The notes below the pieces were generated by a model. That model saw only the letters and a list, made by a program, of their open reading frames with translations. It was not told the origin of the DNA and did no database searches. A stretch of DNA of 63,026 bases, the filler included, from Octopus bimaculoides (Eukaryota), in the NCBI RefSeq assembly GCF_001194135.2. It is 7 parts of 6 records of this genome, joined end to end, with 100 filler letters (N's around TTAATTAATTAA, not from the genome) between each part and the next. Parts side by side here need not be neighbours in the genome. Positions count along the whole stretch, not along the records: positions 18,850 to 44,227 come from NC_068996.1; positions 44,328 to 51,786 come from NC_068989.1; 5 more parts are not named here. One strand, written 5' to 3'. Shown here in pieces: positions 38,090 through 51,180 of the stretch. Within the stretch, counting starts at the first letter, position 1. Each line of letters opens with the position of its first letter. Made by a program: the position numbers and the translations under genes.

Positions 38090-39330
38090 CTATAGCAAAA
38101 TCTAGACAGCAGAAAAGCTTTCTCCCTGATTCCATGGAAGAGAAAGCTGGGGAGATAGATTCATGCCATTGGATAACATCATTGGGTGCTGGACTGAAAG
38201 ACCAGTTAAACTGCTCAGGGTCGTCTGGTTCAGTCCTGACCTCCAGATTGATAAGGACTGGGATGAGATGGCCAGTTTCACTCAGAAATATACAAAGAGG
38301 AAGCTACCTCTGAAAAACCAGACAGAGGTAGTGAATGCTTATATCACCTCCATTATTATTTATTACCTACCACTATTCCTTGCCCCAGCTTCTGCTTGGT
38401 CATATTAGAACATCTGTTTTTTTTAAAATTTTCTTGTTGAAAGGATGCATTCCAATAATCAGGTGGTCAGTTTGCTGCCAGGACCCTCTGCATGGTACCT
38501 GCAATGATTCCTTGACAGTGAACATGTGTGAGCTTCGTTCACAAGACAAATCTTTCCACAACTTGTCTCCTTGACAAAGCTGCAGTCTTAGGTGAAGGAA
38601 AGACTGAGACTGGGCTCCTGACACAAAAAGTGTTGTAAGGGACTCTCAGCCTTCTACCAGTCAGACAATGGAATTAGTAAATGTTCCACTACCTAAAAAG
38701 AGAGAATTAGTAGTGAAGAAGTGTGTCAACATTCTTGAGGTGTCTCTGGGCATTAGTGAACATGAATTGGCTAGCCTGTTCCAGAGGACTTTCCAGTTAG
38801 GGACTACCATGGATAATTCCTTAAAATACTTGACCTGGCAGTGCTACCAAGGGGCACTACCAGTTCACAATAAATTCTACAGGCACAGAGTACTGTCAGA
38901 CTGGCATGTCCATGATCTGTGCAGAGCAACGAAACTTCAACATGCATTCATTCAATGTCTAAGAATTGCTGACTTGTGGAGTTTTGTTGAACAGCTGCTT
39001 TTATGTGTGGGATGGATCTGTCTGTCAGCTGTGATTATTGAAACCCCACCACCACCACCATCTTAACTGCAAAGGTAATGTAGTTTTCCTCTGTTTGGTA
39101 GGAATTGCAGAAGAGGTTGTCTGGTGAATGAGACTTTCCTTTTCTGTAGAGCCCTGTTCAACTTTTTCAAGTTTCACTTGAAAAGGGGAATGAGAGTAGA
39201 GAGGGAGTTACTGTCCTCAGGTGAATTTGTTGAAAGGTAGGTGAAAGTTACAAAAATGGCAAGAAAGGATGACATCACTTTAAATACAAAGCTGTAAGTT
39301 GAAGAAATGGAACTGGAGAGAGTTGAGAGA
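38090..39330 (+). mobile_element. Tx1/L1-clade LINE ORF2 C-terminal remnant
   Basis: WTERPVKLLRVVWFSPDLQIDKDW...RKLPLKNQTEVVNAYITSII; LTWQCYQGALPV...HAFIQC...LW (zf-RVT-like). Frameshifted. Confidence 0.7.
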
Positions 39331-39448
39331 GATCTTGAATAGTGGGGTTTCTTGATTGTCCCTAGTAGTCCTCCTGTATCAGGAGGAGCACATCACTATT
39401 ATCTTTTTCTCCCCTAATGTTACTTATGTATATTTCCAAGTTTTTGTT

Positions 39449-39497
<49 letters not shown>

Positions 39498-39659
39498 AAC
39501 CTCCATACATTATGTCTGTCTTTGTGGGGACCCCTCAAACATCACCCTGGTGGCAAATAAAAGAAATGATATTTCATTGTTGTTGCTGTTATTATTACTA
39601 TCATTGTTGTCATTATTATTATTAGTAGTAGTAAATATTTGATTTGTTTATTTCTTTAG

Positions 39660-39770
39660 GTTGCTTGTATTCAGTTAGTCAATGCCATTGTGTCTACACC
39701 TGATGATTTAGAATTCAGAATACATCTTAGAAATGAATTTATAAGAACTGGTCTCAATAACATCTTAGAG
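39660..39770 (+). CDS. DIAPH: Diaphanous formin exon: VACIQLVNAIVSTPDDLEFRIHLRNEFIRTGLNNILE
   Basis: TTTCTTTAG/GTTTGT, 111 nt, phase 0/0. Very close to VACMQFINALVTSPYELDFRIHLRNEF. Confidence 0.96.
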
Positions 39771-40459
39771 GTTTGTATTTTCTTTTCTCAACTATCAAAA
39801 ATCTTACCAGAAAACAAAAGTGAACACAATCTCTGGATAAACAATGTCACTGTGCATGTACAGCAAAGTGCTCGTGTATTGAAAGAAAAGTTAGGCATCA
39901 GAAGAATCAAATGTCGTGTGCAAGGGAGAAGACTGCTCTGGTTTGATAATGTGATATGTATGAATGATGACATCACCCTGCTAACTATGGCATTATTTAT
40001 TCAGCCACTGTAATTATATGCGAGTAGTGTTACACATATTTCATCTCTCTTTTGTACTATCCATTATCCCTCTCTTTGGAACCACTTCCCTGTCATCCCA
40101 CATTCTTAACATTATCCCTTCCCACCTTATTTTTCACTGAACATCCTCTCATATCAACCATTTATGCTCTTCTCACCTTTGTCACTCACTATATCCATCC
40201 CTGTGTATCTCTGACCTTCTTCTCTGTTAGTATAATCCCTCTTCTCTTTCACCCATCCACATCATCTTATTTTTCATTTATCTACAGTTTTATTATATTG
40301 TCTTTCTCTATGACACCTTCTTTATACACTGCCACTTAACATCCTGTCAAACCCATGCCAACATGGAAGATGAATGTTAAATGATGATGGTGATGTGTAT
40401 GTTTATATTTGTATATCTGAATGTATATTTGTGTGTATATATTTGCGCGCGCATGCGTG

Positions 40460-40497
<38 letters not shown>

Positions 40498-40507
40498 NNN
40501 NNNNNNN

Positions 40508-40547
<40 letters not shown>

Positions 40548-42345
40548 ATATGTCTATTTATGTGTTTGTTTGGATATATGTGTCTAGTATGTAGTTTTAC
40601 TGTATCATATCTTGATACTGTGTGGACTGGGCTCCCCATTGACAGGCTACTGATATTAAATAAAGTGTTAAAGAATTATGGTATGCAAATTAGTAGCTCC
40701 AGTTCTCTGAAGCTACTGGAGTTGTGTGTATATACAGATTGGTTCTTATTTCTCTGGGATTGGTTATGTATCAGGTTTTTAAAGTGGTAGCAGTTTGAAA
40801 GTCCATGTGAATGATGAGAAGCAGAGTAAGTAAAGTGTTTTTAATGTGAGAGAAAGACAGATAGACATATAGAAGCATTATATTATATAGCTAAGTGAGG
40901 GGTGGTGATTTATAGATAAAATAATTAATAGGTCTTGGTAAGAGAGAAATAAGTAGTTCAATATAATGAGGGTATCAGGTCTTGGGAGGATTAGAGGGAA
41001 AGAGGGGTAACTTGTTGGCTTTCCCATTCAAAGAAGTTGGATGGGAATGAAAGTCAGGATGGCCAGATAATGGTTAGGATAAAATAGAGCAGATGTCATA
41101 CCTAGGGAATTTGGCTATCAAGAGAAGGAAGGGGGAAAGGTAATAAAGTGGACATAAGAGAGATAATAGACAAAGAGATATTATATTTGGGTGGTATAGA
41201 GGCATAATAATTTATTAATATCAAATTGTAGGAATGAGGAGGTATTCACCCCCATCCAACTTTTTTGAATGGGGAAAACCAACAGTTATATACGTGTGTT
41301 ATTGGGGTCTGCCTCTTAATTGTTGAAGCAAAAGAAAAGCTATGGTGATAGGGTCAGTGCAAGAAAAAGAAGTAGGTTGTGGGAGTCAATGGATGAATAC
41401 AGTGAGAGAATGAAGGGCAGGAGTGTATCATTATAACAGATGTGGAAGTAGAATATAAATGCAGAGAGACATATCCAAGGCATAATATGTGAATATGAAT
41501 GTATAGAGTGTAGAGTAGTACACAAATGGGAAAAAGATCAGGATGATGAACTGGATGTTCTGGAGAAGGGGTTAGTAAAAGAATGGTGAGCACTATCATG
41601 AAAGTGAATGGGATATGAAAGGAACATTGATTATTGTGAGAGGATAATAGTGAAGAGATTAACAGAAGAGACACTGTTAATCCAAGTCGGTTCTTATTGG
41701 TGTTAGAGCTCTCCTAGATAAATTGTAGAATTACATCTTGCTCAGACATCTCGGTGTTGGCATAGTTTCTAAGGCTGGATGTGCCAACTAATGATGACCA
41801 CTTTACAGTGTATAGAGGGTGCATTTTTCCTGACATCAGTACCAGAAAAGTTGTCGCGCTGCTGGCAAGGTCAAATAATCTTCTTGTAATTGTGTTGTCT
41901 CCTCTCAATTTGCCAATTACTTTATAGATTGCACTGGATGCATTTGTCATGGCACCAACACTGAAAGGTAGCCTTCTTGTTCACAAGAGTAAATGTGTGT
42001 GAATGTGTCTATGGAAGTATATGGACATCTTTCAGTTGTATCTATCAATAAATGATGTAAACATTAGCAAGAAACTGAAAAACCACTGCTTTACAAATAA
42101 TACCCTTGACATTTTTATTCTGCATCTGGTTACTGTAACTCCTTTGCTACTCTTGTTATTAGAAATGATGTGAACCTTTGATGGTCTTGTTGTAAACCTG
42201 TAAAGAATGAAACAGTTGTCCAAAAATTACAATATAAAATATAAAATAGGTAAATAAATAAAGTGTATATAAACTTATATAAATTATGAAGATACTCTCT
42301 GATCCTCTTGACTGTTTTTTTAAAAGTGTGAATTTCATTTTGTAG

Positions 42346-42467
42346 AAATTTGATAAACCACAAGAATTTGAAGATTTGAAAACTCAATTGCATGTTTTCC
42401 ATACACAAGCAGATGAAGATTCTGAGGATTTTTTCCAAAGATATGAAAACATCAAAATTGAATTATC
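42346..42467 (+). CDS. DIAPH: Diaphanous formin exon (last visible): KFDKPQEFEDLKTQLHVFHTQADEDSEDFFQRYENIKIEL(S)
   Basis: TTTTGTAG acceptor, 122 nt, phase 0/2. Matches L..QL.VF....EDD.....R..DI..E. Ends at a U12 donor rather than GT. Confidence 0.88.
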
Positions 42468-42476
42468 ATATCCTTT
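42468..42476 (+). promoter_or_regulatory. U12-type (minor spliceosome) AT-AC 5' splice site
   Basis: ATATCCTTT is a 9/9 match to /RTATCCTTT, located where similarity to DIAPH ends. Confidence 0.85.
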
Positions 42477-43192
42477 ATTTTCAAAAGTTTTTTTCCTGTA
42501 TTACTCTTGTTATTCCCAAAATAGCAATGATATGGCAGAGTCAGTAGAACATCAAATAGATCTGTTGTCATACTTTTCACGATAAATTTGTTTGTCTCCT
42601 ACCACTATTGGTAATTGTTATTGTTCCTCTACATGGCCCTTTTTAGAAGAAAAAATTAATTCTTTTACTCATCTTAACTATTCACATGTAAACTTCAACT
42701 ACATCAATCTGAACACCACATGATAGTCATGTGCTATTTCTATAAACAATGATCTTCAGAACATTCTTCAATTAATACATATCTACATACCCACTTTCAG
42801 CAAGTCACTGCTCTTATCAAAGAATTGTATATATTACTTTCTTCTTATGAACAAGCTTCATTTAAAATTTTCAAAGTCACTACAAAATCTCACTGTTTCT
42901 TTCTTATAGCAGCCATATATATATANNNNNNNNNNNNNNNNNNNNNNNNNNNNNNNNNNNNNNNNNNNNNNNNNNNNNNNNNNNNNNNNNNNNNNNNNNN
43001 NNNNNNNNNNNNNNNNNNNNNNNNNNNNNNNNNNNNNNNNNNNNNNNNNNNNNNNNNNNNNNNNNNNNNNNNNNNNNNNNNNNNNNNNNNNNNNNNNNNN
43101 NNCTTTAGGATAAGAAAATACTTAGGTTTTAACTTGTTGCTGAGCCTGTACAAATCTCACATAAGACTCACATTGACATAGTTCTCATGTAT

Positions 43193-43425
43193 TATTTCTT
43201 TACTACTCACAAGGGGCTATACACAGAGGGGACAAACAAGGACAGACAAATGGATTAAGTCGATTATATCGACCCCAGTGCGTAACTGGTACTTAATTTA
43301 TTGACCCCGAAAGGATCAAAGGCAAAGTTGACCTCGGCGGAATTTGAACTCAGAACGTAGCGTCAGACGAAATACCGCTAAGCATTTCGCCCGGCATGCT
43401 AACGTTTCTGCCAGTTCGCCGCCTT
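43193..43425 (-). mobile_element. Full-length family A SINE with 12-bp TSD, inside the putative U12 intron
   Basis: GTTCTCATGTAT at 43181-43192 and 43426-43437; most CpGs retained. Confidence 0.92.
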
Positions 43426-44164
43426 GTTCTCATGTATGAAACAGTGTATGAAATAGTTCTCATGTATGAAACAGTGCTGCTACTGTATACACAGCCATTA
43501 TGGATTGCATTGAAAAGATAGCCATTCCTCTGATTAGCTGTATGCTACAACCATTTTCTCTCAGAAGTATTGTTTCCTTTCTTCTATTCTATCTTCACTA
43601 CCTCCCCATCCTCACAAGTTGTATTCTTTCTCCATTCTCTCAGACTTCCTCTTCAATCAAAAGCACTTGCAACTACCCCAAACCCTTGGCCACTAACTTA
43701 ACCCCTCCCTCCCTATCCACCTCCCTCTATCTTCTCGCATGCCTTTCAACATAGCTTAGTAATCTGCCTCCGCCACCAGCCTAAATTCTCTCTTAAAAAA
43801 AAAAAGATATATATTGACATATGTAACTTCATTCATTCGTTTGTTCCTTCATTCATTCATTCATTACAGTAATAAAGTTAATATCTGGTCATAGAGTGAC
43901 CAATAGTTTTGCACCCATAAAGGCTGTAGCTTCACGGACGACTTGTCAGACTCTAGTCCAAAGACAAAATTAACTCTTTACTTCTGTGAGGTAAAAATTT
44001 GTTACAGTCATTGGTCAATAGGTCATCAAAAAATAAAGAGTCTGCTGTTAGCAAGGGCAGGTTTTCTCCTCTAGATCAGCTATTTGTGATCTGGGAGATT
44101 GGGAACAAGGAATTTATCTCCTGAGCCACTTTTGTTTTGATGTACGGAGAGTCTCAGTGTCAAC

Positions 44165-44227
<63 letters not shown>

Positions 44228-44327
44228 NNNNNNNNNNNNNNNNNNNNNNNNNNNNNNNNNNNNNNNNNNNNTTAATTAATTAANNNNNNNNNNNNNNNNN
44301 NNNNNNNNNNNNNNNNNNNNNNNNNNN
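44228..44327. other. Artificial assembly join (truncates the formin gene)
   Basis: 44 N + TTAATTAATTAA + 44 N. Confidence 0.95.
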
Positions 44328-45420
44328 GTCGATATCATGACATTAATATACAAACTAAGATGTCTACGTACATATGTATGAGTGTGTATCTGCGTTCGTG
44401 TTTGTATGAAGCAATGTTTAATCAAAGACTGTAATTTGGTTATTCAATGGATATAGAACGCTATCAACGAAACAAATATTAGATTAAATAATTAGTGGCA
44501 TCAATATAATGAAATAAGTCTCTTATGAGCTACTCCACAATCAAGACCATGTTTTGTAAAACAGTAAAAGAGGATAAGGAATAATATGTGACTTATTTCA
44601 AATTCAACTCATATTGTTGCGACCAATTTAAGAAATTATGTATGCATAACTTAATAATAAACATTTGATTTTTGTACTTTTGTGATTTCATCATGGATTA
44701 GGATATATTTGTTAGTATAAATATATTGTAACTAACTCGTCACCATTGTGAACATACATCTGGTGACATATGGTAGCACAAATACATAATACATAAATAT
44801 GAAATTTTCGCTGATTTAATAATTATGATTAACTTTGTGCACACTGATGTTGTACCTTGATCTGCTAATGGAATTATTGTTAATTGTTTTTCTACCTTTG
44901 TATCTAACGTCTATATTATGGAATCTGAGATACTGAGGTGTGGCAGACTTCGTATTTATTCCGTTTGACATATAAATGATGTAGTTCTTCTTTATTGTAT
45001 AAATCAATTTACTTTTCAGTAGTGTGGGTGTATAGAAGTCATATTCAGTTTGGTGATAATGCCATTAAATGATGTGGAATATCACAAAGTTCGTGATATT
45101 TTGCTATAAGTTCCAAACTGGTCATAGTCTGTAAAGTTAATTTCGTTTTTAATTCTTAGTGAGCCGCCAAATGTACAAGTACACAGTGTAACGAATCAAC
45201 TGACAAAGTTTGATAGAACAGGAAATGTTTTTGGACGCAGATATGAACAACAACATGTCGCCAGTGTAATTCCTATGAAATCACTATACTTCCTCTAGAT
45301 GTGTCCATTCAAAAATATGATACAGTAACTTCCTAAAACTTGTTCGTTGAGTATAGCATAGTGCTGTTATAACAGATTATGTGGAAAAATCATTTAATAC
45401 TTTCAAAAAGAACATACGAT

Positions 45421-45637
45421 GAAGGCAGATAGCTGGCAGAAACGTTAGCATGTCCGGCAGAATATTAAGTGGTATTACGTCCGTCTTTACGTTTTGAGAT
45501 CAAATTCCGCCGTGATCGACGTTGTCTTTTATTCTTTCGAATTCGATAAAATAAGTACCAGTTGACTACTCAGCTGGCTGTAATCGACTTAACCCTCTCA
45601 TCGATTTGCTAACCTTATGCGAAAATTTGAAACCAAT
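45421..45637 (+). mobile_element. Diverged family A SINE
   Basis: AGCTGGCAGAAACGTTAGCA head and GATAAAATAAGTACCAGTTG core. Confidence 0.8.
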
Positions 45638-46896
45638 AAGAATAAGAGATTATTATAATATCGGAATTCTAAGTTTACGCTAGATTGAGGGCAACTATTG
45701 CACAGGTTTATCTGGTATCAACAAGGGTCCTATTGCACAAGTTTATCACGTATCATATTTCTTCAATGTTATCATCAACAAAATATTTTGCCGTATATAT
45801 TATCATTTCCTCTGCTCTACGTCATTCGTCTTTTCACCTTCCACGCTTAATATAACATGAATCAATGTAATACTCCGTGTAATCGACCACAAGTTTCTCA
45901 CAATAATCTAAATGGTTATGTGCTTACCTATGAAGTCTTAAGTATCTAATGCACTGAAGATAGTTTGATTATGTTTTACGTGAAAGCATACCGAGCCTAA
46001 ACAAAGAAACAATGACTTCATCAAGGTGTGGAACAGGTATTTTTACGTCTATATTCTTCATCAGGTTCAAATGATGATTCTAACTTTCATAGCTCACAAA
46101 GAACTACCGTTCTTATACATAAACAATAACAATTGAGATATTTCAAATATATATATATATATACACAGACACACACACACACACACACACACANNNNNNN
46201 NNNNNNNNNNNNNNNNNNNNNNNNNNNNNNNNNNNNNNNNNNNNNNNNNNNNNNNNNNNNNNNNNNNNNNNNNNNNNNNNNNNNNNNNNNNNNNNNNNNN
46301 NNNNNNNNNNNNNNNNNNNNNNNNNNNNNNNNNNNNNNNNNNNNNNNNNNNNNNNNNNNNNNNNNNNNNNNNNNNNNNNNNNNNNNNNNNNNNNNNNNNN
46401 NNNNNNNNNNNNNNNNNNNNNNNNNNNNNNNNNNNNNNNNNNNNNNNNNNNNNNNNNNNNNNNNNNNNNNNNNNNNNNNNNNNNNNNNNNNNNNNNNNNN
46501 NNNNNNNNNNNNNNNNNNNNNNNNNNNNNNNNNNNNNNNNNNNNNNNNNNNNNNNNNNNNNNNNNNNNNNNNNNNNNNNNNNNNNNNNNNNNNNNNNNNN
46601 NNNNNNNNNNNNNNNNNNNNNNNNNNNNNNNNNNNNNNNNNNNNNTGTGAGACATCTATAGTGTACTCTATACACTGCCTTATGTTGATAGCTTGTTTAG
46701 CTCAGTTGGGGAATATTACAATAACATATTACTGGGACAGCTATTTTATTAATATATCTGATGTTATTTTCCATTTAGTCTATTTCAGTTATTTTTCGAT
46801 TTTCGTCTTTCTATTATTCTTGTTGGTATTATGCGTCTTTCCCTTCTTCTTCTTCTTCTTCTTGTTATAATTGTTATTATTATCATCATCATTATT

Positions 46897-47112
46897 AGGG
46901 CGGTGAGCTAGCAGAATAGTTAGCACGCCAGGCGAAATGCTTAGCGATATTTCGTCTGCCGCTACGTTCTGAGTTCAATTTCCGCCGAGGTCAACTTTGC
47001 GTTTAATCCTTTCGGGGTCGATAAATTAAGTATCAATCGAGTACAGGGGTCGATATTATCGACTTACCACTTCCTCCAAATTTCAGACCTTGTACTGATA
47101 TTAGAAGGAATT
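46897..47112 (+). mobile_element. Family A SINE bounded by (ATT)n
   Basis: Head and core collinear with other family A copies. Confidence 0.85.
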
Positions 47113-47139
47113 ATTATTATATTATTATTATTATTATTA

Positions 47140-47600
47140 TTGAGAGAGCAGTAGATGCCATCAAAATGACACTGGATTAAATACACGAAACCCAGTATAC
47201 CGATCATGACTACCCGTCTTATAAGCGTACACCAGGTACATGCATCACAACCATGTATGCGCGACGTGATGATCGCATATCAAGATAAACAGCTCGTGAC
47301 CTGCCAGTTGGGACCCAGTTAGAATTTTGTTCAGGTCGAGTAGCCTATTCTGAATAATATTTGTTTAAGGATGTTGAACGAAACCCCCATATTTCCAGAT
47401 GTGAAGTATCCAAGCCCCGAGGAATTCCTCTCAACACATGACTATGATACTCCCTCACTACCTCTGTCAGTAAACAGAGATTCACATATCGTCAGCCACT
47501 GAGTGAGATGCTCAACGGATTAAGGTCAAACAACTGACAAACAAATCTGTGGTATTGATCAGATTCCATGAGAGTCACTGCCTGGCACTGCATCAGGGCA
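47140..47600 (-). mobile_element. Non-coding interspersed element embedded in (AAT)n; homologous to 58155-58692 and 56780-56925
   Basis: Reverse complement GCCCTGATGCAGTGCCAGGCAGTG...CTGCTCTCTC matches the 58155-58692 copy, with an ~80-nt internal deletion. Confidence 0.8.
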
Positions 47601-47602
47601 TG

Positions 47603-47671
<69 letters not shown>

Positions 47672-48452
47672 TCTATGAGTGTTATATAATATTTTTGTTC
47701 TTGTTTATCCTCATGATTTCGTTGAAGACGATTCACAATCAACAATAATTCCTTCGAATATTACTTTATTTATTAGTTCTTATTCCAGTAATAATTCACA
47801 ATCTTATTTTTTTCCTTTTTACTTACGTAACTGAATTTAGATTTAGAATTGGATGCTGATAATATAGCTTATATAATTATAATGTAATAGAGAATGTGCT
47901 TCATATCAGCGATAAGTTGTGATATGCTATTTATTGTCGATCAATAAAATATTGCAAGTAAAAAATAGTTTCGTTATATGTTGCATCAGTATAGAAAATA
48001 TATTTGTGGTTGTGACTGAAGTAATATTTAGATGTACCCACAGATTTCGATGGATTTAGGGAACCAGTGAAATTGGTGAAGTTATTATTTCTGACTCAAC
48101 AAAAGGATGGAAAGAATACCGTGTGGCGAAGTTTCTGCTTAGTCAGTTCAGGCCTAAGGGTGGCTAGACAAGGACAGTGACGAAAGCTGTGAAGAGGAAG
48201 TTCAGTGTTCTCAAATGGAGATCTATGCAGATCTATGAAACATATCTATGAATCTTAGTCGCGGTATAATGCTGGAATGTGGAGACGTGCACTTGTCTTC
48301 CAGAGATAGTAGTACAGTGGCGTTTATGTTAAAGTTTGTCACTCAGGTGATCTTTCGTTCGAGGTTCATAAATATGGGTATGCTTGTACAAAAAATGATG
48401 TCTTTGTATTTAAAACAGTAGATATCCAAACATGAATTACGCTTGGGATTAA

Positions 48453-49477
48453 TATCTCGCACATACTCTTGTAAAAGTCGAATTTTCTAAACCAATTTTG
48501 AAGGTCAAATATATGGGGTCGACTATTACATGGATACTACTTTTGATAATCTGTATCCGCAGCAGAAGCCCAACTGATCTCTAAGCGAAAAAAAAAAAAG
48601 AAAACACAATGAATTACAGTAATATTACCAATTCTACACATCAAAACACACCTCCTAGTAAATAACAAAACCCATATACAAGACCGCGTAGCTCTCATTT
48701 GCAGTTACCAGTAGATGTCCATAATGTGGTGTAGAGTTAATCTGGAGCAGGGATTCCAAAAATGTGTTCTGCAAAATCCCAGGCTTCCCTGAAATTTATC
48801 AGGGGTTCCACCTTTTTAAAAATAATGCCGAAGGATTCCACAGCAAAAAAAAAAAATGTTTGGGAACCACCGTTCTAGCGATTAACTATATCTAAATGTT
48901 TTTAGGCTTACCGAAGTTATACCTCAGTACGAATTCATACAGTATTGTTTGCTGTTATTCGCCGATGGTGCTGCCTGTGAAACATGTTTCTCACGATGTA
49001 GAATGACGACCGTATGACAGTGGTGTTTGCCGGTGTTCGCCAATAGTGCTGTCTGTGAAACACATTTCTCACCGTGTAAACAACGAGTGAATGACGCATG
49101 TGCTTATTGTGCTTCAAGATGTATGCAGGCGTGCAAGATATCGTGTGCATACCTTTTAGCGATGGTAATGTAGCACTCATCAACAGATGTGTAGTGCTTG
49201 CTATTAAATGGTGTTTTACTATAAGCCCTGAACATTCCATTATAAACTCCAAGCGTTTCACCTATACAGCAGGCTACAATAAAGTAGCCACATAATTTTG
49301 TAACTGTTATTTTTACGTATAGGATAATACGGTACCTTGACCCACACATGTTGTCGTGTTCTTCATGAAATACTAGGGTCTACTTTTATACGGCGTCTAT
49401 GGAAATCTCCTAATTTTTGGGCCAAAAATAGCGGGTTGTCATTTACATGAGATCGTCTATTACTCGAGTATATACGG
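48453..49477 (+). mobile_element. pogo-like non-autonomous derivative with a nested hAT-like MITE (~48748-48872)
   Basis: Right end TACTCGAGTATATACGG|TA; decayed left end ..CATACTCTTGTAAAAGTCGA; SKRFTYTAGY resembles a pogo N-terminus. Nested piece CAGGGATTCCAAA...TTTGGGAACCACCG. Confidence 0.55.
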
Positions 49478-49885
49478 TAATTCTGAAGTCTAAATCTGAG
49501 ATAAGAGTATGTTTAGGGTTTGTGACGCATATATATATAGAATCATTCTATTCATCTTTGTCTCAGGATGTATTCTCTTTAGCAGGCTGACAGTGGTAGA
49601 AATTATCTGAAAATTTTCGGTATTAGAGATGGAGATACAAATTTTCTGTTTCTCATTGGAATTTCGTATGAAAATTAGAAATTGGTGGTCTATTTTTTAA
49701 TAATGTATATTTGATGGTGCGTTGTATATAATGGGCTGTTCCAAAGCTTCGTTCGATTTGTGTCGACAATAAGCATATATACGTACAAAGATATATACGT
49801 ACATATATACGTATATAGATATCTATTTCTGTATATCTATATGTATTTATGGATATATATGCATGTATATAAATATATATATATA

Positions 49886-50272
49886 TTGATTTTGAGGAAC
49901 CAATTGAGATGGTGTGGCCATATTGTTCGAATGGCAGATGAACGCATGCCGAAACAGCTGTTTTATGGTGAGCTTGCAGAGGGGAAACGTTATCGGCATA
50001 AACCTAAAAAAAGGTTTAAGGATGGCATAAGGACTGCTATGAAGTCAATTGGAATGGCTCCAAAAGATATAGAAGTCCTCGCTTCAGATCGAGTTGGATG
50101 GCGAACAAGGGTGTGGAGTGGAGTGAAAGCATTTGAAGAGGCCAGGATGATGCAAGCAGGGCTCAAGAGACATTTAAGGAAAAATGTAAAGACTGAGAAG
50201 GTGAATGACAAGGACCTTTTTGTGTGCACAGTCTGTGACAGACCATGTCTGTCCTTGGCTGGCCTCAAATCT
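49886..50272 (+). mobile_element. RTE (BovB-like) LINE ORF C-terminus with terminal zinc finger
   Basis: NQLRWCGHIVRMADERMPKQLFYGEL...KRFKD...DRVGWR...CTVCDRPCLSLAGLKS; runs into a gap. Confidence 0.88.
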
Positions 50273-50663
50273 NNNNNNNNNNNNNNNNNNNNNNNNNNNN
50301 NNNNNNNNNNNNNNNNNNNNNNNNNNNNNNNNNNNNNNNNNNNNNNNNNNNNNNNNNNNNNNNNNNNNNNNNNNNNNNNNNNNNNNNNNNNNNNNNNNNN
50401 NNNNNNNNNNNNNNNNNNNNNNNNNNNNNNNNNNNNNNNNNNNNNNNNNNNNNNNNNNNNNNNNNNNNNNNNNNNNNNNNNNNNNNNNNNNNNNNNNNNN
50501 NNNNNNNNNNNNNNNNNNNNNNNNNNNNNNNNNNNNNNNNNNNNNNNNNNNNNNNNNNNNNNNNNNNNNNNNNNNNNNNNNNNNNNNNNNNNNNNNNNNN
50601 NNNNNNNNNNNNNNNNNNNNNNNNNNNNNNNNNNNNNNNNNNNTATATATATATATATATATA

Positions 50664-51180
50664 TTTCGTTTTGGGATTTGATTTGCAAGATTCTTTGTGT
50701 GAGTTCCTGTGTTGAAGCATATTCTTCTGTTGTGTATGGGGAGAGTAATTTCCTTTTTGTGTCTTATAATTTAACACACTCACCGGTAAAATTTCTACTT
50801 ATCTCCTATTTTTATAATAGAAGTAATTCCACACACAGATAACGAAATCAATCACATCAGCCACACCGCTACCAACGACACAACCTACATCAACACCACC
50901 CACAACAATAAGAATAGGCACAACACAAACACTACTAACACCACCACCACGAACAGCAACAGCAACAACAATACCAGTAACTATAACAACAACAACAACA
51001 ACAATAATAATACTCTACACTATCTTCTATAATAAAAATAAGAAATAAGTAGAAATTTTACCGGTGAGTGTGTTAGATTAATAGGCACAAAACGAAAATG
51101 ACTCTCCCCAGACACAATAGAATATGCTTCAACACACGAATTCACATAATGAACCTTGGAAACCAAATCCACAAACGAAA
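50664..51180. repeat. ~160-bp inverted repeat (50664-50823 / 51024-51180) around an AAC/ACC-rich spacer
   Basis: Arms are reverse complements, e.g. TAAGTAGAAATTTTACCGGTGAGTGTGTTA. The right arm continues into coding-like sequence to ~51720. Confidence 0.85.

Noticed and set aside
41714-41950. ORF ending ...TEMSEQDVILQF resembling the Dia N-terminal helix
   Set aside because: Wrong strand and position relative to the formin exons, with no splice support; likely chance.
42672-42685. TCTTAACTATTCAC as the U12 branch point and AC acceptor
   Set aside because: Downstream phase-2 frames from this and nearby ACs hit stops and do not resemble the conserved FLSILQHLL exon; the region looks like a LINE endonuclease remnant.
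49951-49961. GAAACAGCTGT as another hammerhead
   Set aside because: It lies inside the RTE coding motif MPKQLFYG, with no core or stem I upstream.
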